Origin: Ginglymostoma cirratum
Taxonomy: Eukaryota
NCBI GenBank assembly: GCA_024137785.1
Contig: JAHRHZ010000066.1
Span: forward strand, 4,962,601 to 5,026,600
Length of the DNA: 64,000 nucleotides
Direction of reading: 5' to 3'
In this document: positions 38,451-49,814 of the stretch, one piece after another
Layout of the letters: the number at the start of each line of letters is the position of its first letter
Position numbering within the stretch: the stretch's first letter is position 1
Translations under genes and position numbers: made by a program
The notes under the pieces: model-generated
Seen by the model: the letters and a program-made list of their open reading frames with translations, nothing else
What the model was told of the DNA's origin: nothing
Databases searched by the model: none

Positions 38451-40560
38451 TTGAATACCGCTCACGCTTGGCTGTTGAACAGTTTTTCCACCACCTCCGC
38501 CTCCGCGTTTACTTCTTTAACCGTGAGCCTAACCCTCCCCCTACTGACCTCTTCTCCCGCCTCCAACACACCTCCTCCTGGACACCACCCCAAGGCCTCC
38601 TACCCTCCCTCGACCTCTTCATCTCCAACTGCCATTGTGACAGCAATCATCCTCTCCACCCTTCTTACCCACTCCAAGCTCTCCCCCATGGAACGTGCAG
38701 CCCTCCACTCCCTCCGCTCCAATCCCAACCTCACCATAAAACCCGTGGAAAAGGGAGGTGCAGTTGTAGTATGGCGTACTGACCTCTACATCACCGAGGC
38801 CAGGTGCCAACTCTCCGACACCTCCTCCTACCACCCCCTTGATCATGACCCCACCCCGACCACCAAACCATCATCTTCCAAACCATTCACAACCTCATCA
38901 CCTCAGGTGACCTCCCACCCACAGCCTCCAACCTCATCGTTCCTCAACCCTGCACCACCCGCTTCTATCTCTTTCCCAAAATCCACAAACCTGACTGCCC
39001 TGGTTGACCCATTGTCTCCGCCTGCTCCTGCCCCACCGAACTTATCTCGACCAATCTCAACTTTATTTTCTCCCCCTTGGTCCAGGAACTCCCTACCTAC
39101 GCCCGTGACACCACCCACACCCTCCACCTCCTCCAGAACTTCCAATTCCCCGGTGCCCAACACTACATCTTTACCATGCCTTTACCATGGATGTCCAGTC
39201 CCTATACACCCTCATTCTGCCCTCCGCTTCTTCCTGTCCCACAGGCATGACCAGTCCCCCTCCACTGACACCCTCATCCACTTAGCCGAACTCACTCTCA
39301 CCCTCAACAACTTCTCTTTCTCTTCCTCCCACTTCCTACAGACAAAGGGGGTGGCCATGGGTACCCACATGGGCGCAAGATATGCCTGCCTCTTTGTAGG
39401 TTAAGTGGAACAATCCCTCTTCCGTACCTACACTGGCCCTAAAGCCCACCTCTTCCTCCGTTACATTGATGACTGTATCGGCGCTGCCTCGTGCTCCCAT
39501 GAGGAGCTCGAACAGTTCATCCACTTCACCAACACCTTCCACCCCAACCTGAAGTTCACCTGGACCATCACTGATACCTCTCTCTCCTTCCTGGACCTCT
39601 CTGTTTCCATCTCTGGCAACCACCTGGAAACTGATATCCATTTCAAGCCCACCGACTCCCGTAGCTACCTAGAATACACCTCCTCCCATCCACCTTCCTG
39701 CAAAAATGCCATCCCCTATTCCCAATTCCTTTGCCTTCGCTGCATCTGGTGCCTGGATGAGGCATTCCACTCCCGTACATCTCAGATGTCCTCGTTTTTC
39801 ACGGACAGCAACTTCCCCCCCCCCCCACAGTGGTCGAGAACGCCCTTGACTGTGTCTCCCGCATTTCCCGCAACTCATCCGTCACACCCCCTCCCTGCAA
39901 TAACAACCAAAACAGAATCCCCCTTGTCCTCACGTACCACCCCACCAATCTCCGGATCCAATGCATCATCCTCTGACACTTCCGCCATCTGCAATCCGAC
40001 CCCACCACCAAAGACATTTTTCCCTCACCACCCTTATCTGCCTTCCAGAAGGACCACTCTCTCCATGACTCCCTTGTCCGCTCCACACTTGCCCCCCAGC
40101 TCCACCACACCTGGCACATTTCCCTGCAACCGCAGGAAGTGCTACACCTGCCCCCACATCTCCACCTTCACCCCCATCCCAGGCCCCAAGAAGACTTTCC
40201 ACATCAAGCAGATGTTCACCTGCACATCTGCTAATGTGGTATACTGCATCCGCTGTTCCCGTTGTGGCCTACTCTACATCGGGGAAACCAAGTGGAGGCT
40301 TGGGGACCGCTTTGCAGAACACCTGCGCTCAGTTCGCACTAAACAACTGCACCTCCCAGTCGCGAACCATTTCAACTCCCCCTCCCAATCCTCAGATGAC
40401 ATGTCCATCCTGGGCCTCCTGCAGTCCCACAACGATGCCACCCGAAGGTTGCAGGAACAGCAATTCATATTCTGCTTGGGAACCCTGCAGCCCAATGGTA
40501 TCAATGTGGACTTCACAAGCTTCAAAATCTCCCATTCCCCTACTGCATCCCAAAACCAGC
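38451..40560 (+). pseudogene. Disrupted PLE reverse transcriptase / GIY-YIG endonuclease ORF
   Basis: IKPVEKGGAVVV, QTKGVAMGTHMG, FLRYIDD, SFLDLSV, IPYSQFLCLRCI, Cys linker CNRRKCYTC, NVVYCIRCSRCGLLYIGET...RFAEH; in-frame TAA at 39402-39404 and several frameshifts. Confidence 0.92.
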
Positions 40561-41874
40561 CCAGCTCGTCCCCGCCTCCCTTACCTGTCCTTCCTCTCAC
40601 TTATCCCCTCCTCCCACCTCAAGCCCCGCCCCCATCTCCTACCTACTAACCTCATCCTGCCTCCTTGACCTGTCCATCCTCCCTGGACTGACCTATCTCC
40701 TCCCTAACTCCCCACCTACACTCACCTTTACTGGCTCCATCCCCACCTCTTTGACCTGTCTGTCTCCTCTCCAATTATCTTCTCCTCTATCCATCTTCTA
40801 TCCGCCTCCCCCTCTCTCCCTATTTATTTCAGAATCCCCTTCCCCTCCCCCATTTCTGAAGAAGGGAACGTCAACCTTCCTGCTCCTCCGATGCTGCTTG
40901 GCCTGCTGTGTTCATCCAGCTCAGGTATCCAATATGGCGACTTTATCCATGTGACCTGTTACAAGTCTGAACTCCTTTTCTAAATTCGATGTTGTATTAG
41001 GCTGATACTTACTTTGCGTAGTGCATTTTTATATTATGATAACTTGAGATAGCCAATTTTTTTTTGCATGAGAAATCATCCCAATGCAATAAAAGATCGA
41101 TGATATCTATTACATAGATATCTGCCCTTTGAATTTCGATGACTGTGTTGTCCTTTGCAAAGCAGGAAGTCAAAGTGGCTGGCATGTGATGGTTCTGTTA
41201 TTGATGGTCCATCTTAACAATGGAGTATGCGGATTTCACAACGGCTGTGATTTAATTAGGTGTTTACTTAGGTTTCCGGATTGTCCAGAGTTGAATTAGC
41301 CAAAAGTGCATAATATGCTGCCAGCCACCTTAAAAGCTTTTGTGTCCATTCTCAAAAATATAGTTTTTAAATTTGTCAAATCTCCATGCCTGTTTCGGAT
41401 ATGAGACTATATTTACCGATCATTGTTACAGCAGTAGAAAGAGATGACAAGATAAGCCAAAGTAATCTTTGGAGATTCTGGTGAGAAAATGGTTCCGATA
41501 GGCAGTACACAGATTTATCTCAATTCCCTCAGGAGCGGACAGCATACCCAGTTGCTCTCTATACAGCCTGCCCTCCATCTCCAATTGATACTATTGAGGA
41601 ATCTCACATGAACCACATCGGGAGTGCACAGCAGTGTTGTCTCAATGAGTCTCTCCTTGAGGAATCAGTGTAAGTCTGCATAACACTGTTGGAAGAGAAG
41701 GAATGTTCCTGTTCTATGTTTAGAATTAAAGACTAAGAGTGGGTTTAAAATTGTAGTGTGCCTTGTCCGCAGTGTTCTGATTGCAAAAAAAAGGTAGAAT
41801 ATATTGATTTAAAAATTAGAGAAGGCTAAAGGTAGTATAATTTTAATATGAGAAGTTAATTTTCATGTAAACTG

Positions 41875-43290
41875 AGAAAAATTGGCTTGAAGATAGGAGA
41901 CGGACCGTGGTGGGAGAGGGGTGATTTTTGGACTGGAGTATTGTGACCAGCGGTGTACAAGAAGGATCGGTGCACGGTCTCCTGCTTTTCATCATATATT
42001 TAAATGATTTGGATGCGAATATATGAGGAATGGTTAATAGGTTTGCAGATGACACCAAAACTGGTGATGTGGTGGACAGTGAAGAAGGTTATCGCAGAGT
42101 ACAATGGGTACTTGATCAGATAGGGCAATGGGCCGAGGAGTTGCAGATGGATTGTAATTTACATAAATGTGAGGCATTGCATTTTGGTAGAGCAAACCAG
42201 GACAAGACACATACAGTTAATGGTAGGTGCCTGGGGATTGTCGCTAAACAAAGATACCTAGGAGTGCAGGCACATAGTTCCTTGAAAGTGGAGTTGCAGA
42301 TAGATAGAGTGGTGAAGAAGACCTTTGGCACACCAGTCTTCATTGGCCAGTGCATTGAGTATAGAATTGAGACATCATGTTGCAGCTGCACAGGGCATTG
42401 TGGGGGGGAGGCACTTTTAGAGTGTTTTGTTCAATCTGCTCTCCCTGCTATAGGAAGGATGTTGCTAAACTTGAGACAGTTCAGAAAATATTTACAAGGA
42501 TGCTGCTGGGATTGGAGGGTTTGAGTTATTGGGAGAGGCTGAATAGGCTGGGACTATTTTCCCTGGAGCACCGAAGGCTGAGGGGTGACCTTATAGAAGT
42601 TTATAATATCATGAGGAGCATGGATAGGATGAATAGCCAAGGTATTTTTCCCAGGATTGGGGAGTCAAAAACTAGAGGGCATGGGTTTAAGGTGAGAGGG
42701 GAAAGATTTTAAAATGATCTGAGGGGTAGCTTTTTCACACAGAGGTCGGTGGGTGTATGGAATGAGATGCCAGAGAAGGTGGTGGAAGCTGGTATAATTA
42801 CAATATTTAAAAGGCATCTAGATTGGTACATGAATGGGAAGGGTTTAGAGGGATTTGGGCCAAATGACACTAGATCAGTCTAGACTTTATTATAGAATTG
42901 CTACAGTGTGGAAACAGGACATTTGACCCACCAAGTCCACACCAACACTCCAAACAGCATCCAACCCAGATCCATCTCATCCCTGCATTTCCCATGGCTA
43001 ATCCACTTAGCCTGCACACTACACGCAATTTAGCATGGCCAATCCACCTAACCTGCACATCTTTGGACAGTGGGAGGAAACTGGAGCACCTAGAGGAAAC
43101 CCATGCAGACATGGAGAGAATATGCAAACTCCACACAGAAAGTCGCCTGGGGGTGGAATTGAACCTAAGTTCCTGGCGCTGTGAGATAGCAGTGCTAACC
43201 ACTGAGCCACCACGCCACCCATATCTGGCTGGAATGGAGGGGTTGGACGAAGGGGACTGTTTCCATGCTGTGTAACTCTTTGACCCTATA
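41875..43290 (+). mobile_element. CR1 LINE 3' fragment (RT to tail)
   Basis: NRFADDTKTG...KCEALHFGRAN; SPCYRKDVAKLETVQK...RRLRGDLIEVY...TRGHGFKVRGERF; tail split by a SINE. Confidence 0.9.
42890..43218 (-). mobile_element. HE1-like tRNA-derived SINE inserted in the CR1 tail
   Basis: Minus strand ggcgtggtggctcagtggttagcactgctatctcacagcgccaggaacttaggttcaattcc (A and B boxes), conserved body, CR1-like tail. Confidence 0.85.
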
Positions 43291-44287
43291 AGAGTGGAGT
43301 AGCTGAAGTCAGGAAAGTAGTGAACATGCTGCATTGAAGATAGTTGAGTACAGAGTCCTGAAGCAACCAGAAAGTAGGTGATTTTGTGCCAAACCAGATT
43401 CAGCTCATAATCCAGCCGTAATGGGACATTTATCTAATAGCGATCAGAATGTGATCTAATTCAATGGTAGGTTTGAAAAGAAGAAACATTACCATCTTAC
43501 TTTAGAAAGCTAACATGGGACAGAGAATGGTAATAGCAAAGTGGACATAACTATTTTTAGGTAAACCTATGGACAGTATCAGGTGTTCAGAAAATAGCTC
43601 AATACAAGATCATTATATATCGCCTGGGATCAAGAATTCTACTCACCAAATTAAACACTCAAGGTCAGTAAAAGAGCTGAGACATACCATGAAACCAAAT
43701 AGAAGTGAGTACAAAAGTGCAAAGAACTGTGTGGATCCTGAATGATTGAAAAATAAACAACATCATAGGAAGATGAAAAAAGGTAATAACTGCCTAATAG
43801 AATAGGAATTTAAACTTGAGAGGAATATCAAGATTATCACAAGAAGTTTTTACAAGCATGTTGATTTAAAAAGTCATAGTCAAAGTTTATTGGGAGGCCC
43901 CCAAAGACCAAATGTAGATAATATTGGAAACCAGAATAAAAGATAGACAGAGTGATTCCTTTTGATCTGCATTTGATCATACAATGGACAGCATCGAGAG
44001 CAGTGAACACAGTATACTGAATTGAAAGAAGCAAGGTAAATCACTGTTTAATGACAAGGGAGTGTTTCAGTCCCTAGGCAGTGGGAGGGGAAAAAAATGT
44101 AGCAGGCTCTGAATTTCCAGAAGCATTATCATTACCAGAAGCACTGGTATGGGTGGTGTCATTGTCAGAACTCAGACAAAGGAGTTGGAAAAGCTGGGAA
44201 AATGGAACTTTGTCTGTACAGGAAGCAAGGTGTGAGGAATTATCATCAAGGTGGCTGGGAAAATCAGTGGACCTAGAAAGGATACAA

Positions 44288-44496
44288 AGTAAGTAAAGTT
44301 GTTATAGTCCTAGTAGACCACTGGGGAGCTCTCCCATTGGAGAGAAAGAGACAACCATTGGTGGTTTAACCAGAGGGTTAGCATGCCTCAGAACTAGGGA
44401 GAAGTTGAGAAGAAGAGTCCTTCATGGTGACCTCAGCCAATGTCAGAATTGAACCCATGAGGTTGGCAAACTAATCAACTAAGCTAACTGACCCCC
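44288..44496 (-). mobile_element. tRNA-derived SINE
   Basis: Minus strand ggggtcagttagcttagttg...gggttcaattc head, (actt)n tail; similar to 57885-58078. Confidence 0.6.
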
Positions 44497-46399
44497 TAAA
44501 AGCATGTACTGAATTGATCATGGAAGGGGTTGTAGTTCAGCAGACCATAATGAGTCTTGACTGATGTTTTATGATTTTAAAATAAGTCAATACGGTAGAT
44601 AGAGGGGATTTTTTTTCCTCTAAAAGGGAATCTAGGATATAGGAATGTGATATTAAAGCCAGGGCCAAACCTTTCAGAAGCTAACATCAGAAACATCAGA
44701 TTCCTTGAAAGGATTTCTCAATTTACCTGGCTGATTTTCTATTATTTAAATGGTAAGTGAAACTTATAAAAATCCATTTGTTGTTTAAATGATAGACTTT
44801 TTCAGCTCAAACTGGTCAAGGTCACTAAGTTTCTTTTACCTTCTCCTTCAACAGTGGTCCTTCACAAACCAACTCCTGCAACGATTCCCACTCCATTTGC
44901 TCTGTACATTTATGACTTTCCCTCTGCCCTCAGTACAAAAACACACGCTGAGAACCCATCTGCCACCTGCTTCCTCACACCATCATTCATTGTCCCCAAG
45001 CACACTGTTCCCAGCAGCCTGTGACTTCCATCTCCTCCTCCCTTTCTGACATCTCTTGATGTCCCCACCCACTTTCCATACCTCTGCCCAACCCATTGTT
45101 CTCAACTCTATGTGTGTCATTCTTCCCTGTCTGTTCCCTGCTGGTCACTCATACCTCAGACTTACATTTGCCACTTGTCAATTTGTCTGCATCAAACCAA
45201 TGTTTTTTCAGAGACAGCCTGCAACCCAGTTTTCACATCCCTCAGAGTTTTCAGAACTCTGACATGCAGTAATTCCCCTTCTCAATATTGTCACATCTCA
45301 ATACCTCCAATTTCATGGATCTACACCCCAACTCTCCCTTTCCATCATTATCAACTGTCACCATTACTTTCCAATGTTTACACCATAAAGAATTCACAAA
45401 CCTTCTAACTCCCTGAAACTGCTTAACTGTAATCGCTGCTTTGAATCACATCAACTTGCCAAAAGCCTCTGCACAACTATCTACCTCTATCCTGGAACAA
45501 TTTTCTTAACAGGTAAGAACTAAGGTTAACTAAGGTACATAAACAGAAACGTAATAATAATAATTAAGGTTATTGATTTACATTTCTGTAACAAATACTC
45601 ACACGGTTTTGGAATTTGACCTAACAGGCTACTAACACTCCCAGAACACTGCAGCATTTATTTGTACATTTAGTTAATAATATACTAGAAAGAACATCAG
45701 AGCTTCAATATATGAATGTATTCATGACCCATTGGACTGACCCTGCTATCAATCGTAGAAACACTTCCAGGTAAGAGGGAACTTCCTGTATTTAACTAGT
45801 TACACTAACATTGGTATATTTAACTGGATACAAAATAAAACTTCAAAATAAATAGCAATAAAACAACGATTATAATTTAAGAGTCAACACTTCCCATCAT
45901 GATTTCTTCCTTATTAATCTTGCTGGTTGCTGATTCATTCTAATGAATCTTTCTTTATCTTGTATGGTTTCTTAGTTGCTCTTCTGTCTCCCTTCCTACC
46001 TTCTCCAAGCTCAATTTCTTATTATTCACTCATTGGATATAGGCATCGCTAGCTCAGCCAGCATTTATTGTCCATTCCTAATTGCACATAAGTTGGTAGT
46101 GACCTCTTGAACTGCTGTAGGCCTTGCATACATGACCTTAAGAAGATAGTTCATGAGATTCATTTCCTGCATGTACAGCCCTATTTCCACAAAACTACAA
46201 ACCATCAAAATTCCATTCCTGGCTGTAATACATGTGCCAGAAATACTGAGCACCTCAGACAGCATCTGTGTAGAGAAACAGACTTAATGATTCAAGTTGA
46301 TGATGCCCTTCATTGTTTGCTTTTACATTAGAGTCACTTTGTGGTTCCTATGTTAATTGATTCAGTTAATGGGCTCTTTCCCTTAGGTATTGTTCTTCT

Positions 46400-48015
46400 A
46401 TTGTTCAAATCTGCTGTCATCAGCCCTCTTCTCAAAGACACCTCAACTTTGCAAACTAGATCCCATTTATGACCTTCTTATCCCCAAAGTCCTTGAATGT
46501 ATTTTCATCTCCCAAGTCCATTCTCATCTTTATGTGGAACTCCGTATCATAGTCCCTCTAATGACTTTACCATCCCACCTTCTCAAAGTTACAAGTGACA
46601 TCCTATATTATTGCTACAAAGTTAACTATCTCTTTGAACCTTTCTTAATCTCTCTGCTGTCCTTGACACAGTTGATTCCACCATTCTCCTCCAAAATCTT
46701 TCCAATATCCAGCTAAGTGGGAGTGTACTCACCAAGATCCAATTTTACCCATCTATTTGTGACTGGAGAACACCTGCAATGGGTTTAATTTTCATTCCCA
46801 TGCTATTACCTTTGGTGTCTTCAAGGACCTATCCTTGATCTCTTCCTACTTCACATCAACATGTAGCACCACCTCAATGTCATCTGAAAGAGGTCAGTTT
46901 CACCACCAAGCTTATTTCATAAATATCTCTCTTCACTCTTCCAATGTCTCTGAATTGTCAGACTTTTTGCTTAACTTCCAGCACTGAATGAATAGTAATT
47001 TTCTCCAAATAAATTTTAAGAAGACCCAACCCGTTGCCTTTCGTCTTCACTGTAATCTTCACTCCCTGAGTCACCAACTCCATTCTCCCCTCTGTTAATT
47101 GTTTCAGTCTGAACCAGTCTTTTCACAACTTTGGTGTCATATTTGACCCTTATTTTGGGATTCCAATCACGTAAACGTGCAATTACTAATCAGCCTGCCT
47201 ATCTCTATCGCCATAACATCAACTGACTCCGAGTTTTCTTCAGTGCATCTTCTGCTTATCTATGCGTTTGCTGTCTCTAGACTTGATTAAATCAATGCAT
47301 TCACAGAAAATGCTAGAGAAACTCAGCAGTCTGGCGCCTTCTGAGAAGAGAAAGCCAATTAACATTTGAGTCCAGTTTTACTCTCCTTCGGAAGAAACTG
47401 GAGAACAGGCATTCTGGACTTGAAACATTAACTCTGTTTATCTCATAGCTGATGCTGTCAGACCTGCTGAGTTCCTTCAGCATTCTCTGTATTTGTTTCA
47501 GATTTCCAGCATTGCAGTAATTTGCTTTCTTTTTCAACACATTTCTGGCTGCTCTCCCATATTGTCATCTCTACAAACTTGGTATCAACCAAAACTCTCA
47601 TGTCTATATTTAAACCCATTTCAAGCTCCACCAGGTTAAACAACACTTGCTTTTAAAAATTCCAGTGTTTGTTTCAAATCCCTCCATGCTCTCATTCCTT
47701 TGTATTTTTGCAATCTCCACCAGCACTACCACCCTCTGAGACAATTCACACATCTAATTCTGCCATCTTGAGCATCCCCAATTTCAATCACTCTCCCATC
47801 GGTAGCTGTGTCATCAGTGGTCTCTACCATTCTACATTTGCTTCCCTCCTTTGAGACATTCCTTAATATCTATCTCTTTAACCAAGCTTTTTTTCATCTA
47901 CCCTAGTATCTCCTTATGTTGCCCAATGCCTATTTGGTTTTATAGTGCTTTCCTGTGAAGTGACTTGGAATGTTTTATGTTAAAAGCACCATATTAATGC
48001 AAGTCATTGTTATTA
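46400..48015 (+). mobile_element. L2 LINE 3' portion, degenerate
   Basis: Decayed RT-like segments (DLS.A.DTVD-like near 46640-46690, GV.QG..L.P-like near 46810-46850, NFGVIFD near 47130) and L2-type tail ...attaatgcaagtcattgttatt. Confidence 0.6.
47302..47533. mobile_element. PLE-derived fold-back mini element inserted in L2
   Basis: tgctagagaaactcagcag / ctgctgagttccttcagca and ttaacatttgagtccag / ctggacttgaaacattaa inverted arms; flanks tcaatgcatt (47292-47301) and tcaacacatt (47534-47543). Confidence 0.7.
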
Positions 48016-49589
48016 TGTACTTTGATAAAATAAGCAGTTATTGTCAATTTGGGTTAGGTAGAAGTATCAAAGGATAAGGAGGTAAGAAAATATCTGGATT
48101 TGAAATATAAATTTAACTAAATGGTTGAGCAGGCTTGAGTTTCTGTATTATATTCCTTTCTGGTTTCATGTGGGAAATAAACTCTATTCAGTGTGGGCAA
48201 AGCGTACTTTTCAGCCTTTCTTACATAATGATTGAATGTATACTTTTGAAGATATTTTCTTTTATTCTGGATTACTTTATATATGATAATTAGATTAATT
48301 TTCAAAATATTTTCAAATGGTTTGCAATTATTTTCCAGCAATTTTCTTTCCAAAATTGTTCTGCTGGAATTTCTCTAAAACACAAACAATGATTATGAGT
48401 TCTCCTTAGATCAGAGCAGAGTTTAACTGTTTCAATTTGAAATCCTGAGAAATAAGCTACAGCAGGTTAACTTTCTTGCATAAGACATGATCCCAGTTCT
48501 TTTTTTTCAGACACATACTAGTACATCCTTTGTCAGTACTGGTTCTTCAGAGATAACATTCTCGATATTCCTCCAAAGCTTTTTATTCGGATATCCTTAT
48601 GTTCAGTCAGCCTTTTTCTTCATGAGTGTAAAGAGGAACAGATATCCCTGATAATTCTGGAGAAAATCAATGTAGTTAATTAGCCATACCAGTAGCTAGG
48701 TGGACACTCGGTGTTTGATATTTTTTTAAAAATCTTAAATATTGCTTCAACTTTTGTATAATTCAGATTTGATCTATCTTCAGAGACAGTGTGGTCTAAT
48801 ATTTCACTTCACATTCCTTGAACTTCACGTTACCCTCATACGGTTTGATGACCATGTTTTGGAATCATTGATTTCTGTTTTGGTCCTGCCTACTTGTACT
48901 GCAGACAAATATATAATTTCTGAGGAGTTAGAGAGTTTTCAAAATACAAGTGCAATCATTTCTGACTTCTATATAATGTTGAAAAGTAAGTCCAATAACT
49001 TGAATCTTTATCTAATCCAACATACCAACACTCATTCTCTGCATCCATAACATGAATAATTTTTGTTTTCAACAGTTTAGGCAGGACTTTAACTGTAATT
49101 CTAAGTGGGTTGTGAAGACTTTGTCAAGTAGTTTGAATGGGTGAGCAAGTGCACTGTGCCATTACTGGCACTGTTCACTATGATCAATCGGGCAGGACAT
49201 TGACTTCTACAAGACATTTCCCTTGAAGAAGCTGCAAATGATTTATAACAAGATGTTTTTGTTTGATAGCCAGAAATAACTTGTAGGCAGGACCTTTGGA
49301 TAATTTTGAGGGGGCAGAGTGTCTTCGACTTCATCTTGACACATCCTGTTGTGAGCTTTGATAAAAGCTTTAAAATCATTACCTTCTCATGCTTCACTGT
49401 CACATTTTATATGTCCTCAAGGTAGGAATATTATTGTACACATCAATAATCATTATCCAGGAAGCAATCATGATGCCATTAGAAAGCATGCTGACTATAA
49501 TTTAGAAGGACCAGAACTACTGAACTAGAAAAGGGAGGCGGGTGAAATAATAATCTTTATTTAAGTGGTTGATAATTCCACTAAGAAAC

Positions 49590-49814
49590 CGAAACAACTG
49601 CACAGAGGCCAGTATCCTGTCCCCAAGTCTCCCCTTATTTACATGTACACAGTTCACTGGCCATGGTCAACCAGCTCTGAGTCAGCACATGAAGTGAGGA
49701 GACTGTGAAGCCCCTGTTTATATCTGTCAGCAAGGGATCCCTGATTGGGCCAGGTTAACAACCCCAATGAGGGAACTTATAGTCAATAAAATCCACCTGG
49801 TTCCAATCACCTCA
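49590..49814 (-). mobile_element. Gypsy solo LTR with 5-bp TSD
   Basis: Similar to the LTR at 60727-60963; ends (c)gaaacaac...aatcacctca; gaaac at 49585-49589 and 49815-49819. Confidence 0.7.

Larger units (their letters stand above)
37987..40921 (+). mobile_element. Penelope-like retroelement (Neptune-type) with inverted 5' pseudo-LTR, 15-bp TSD
   Basis: 38040-38452 is the reverse complement of 40516-40922; TSD caggta(c/t)ccaatatg at 37972-37986 and 40922-40936; internal RT and GIY-YIG coding sequence. Confidence 0.95.

Noticed and set aside
38451-40649. 317-aa and 414-aa ORFs as functional genes
   Set aside because: Pieces of one PLE ORF broken by a stop and frameshifts; the Pro/Ser/Thr-rich stretches are off-frame reads
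43155-43218. tRNA-like A/B boxes (also near 8480-8535, 44440-44496, 58430-58515)
   Set aside because: SINE heads continuing into SINE bodies; no complete cloverleaf
48117-48660. Minus-strand acceptor-like sites with short open frames
   Set aside because: AT-rich, early stops, no matching donors or homology recognised
49076-49421. Acceptor-donor bounded segment and antisense 100-aa ORF
   Set aside because: Stops in all three plus frames; the minus ORF has no recognisable domain
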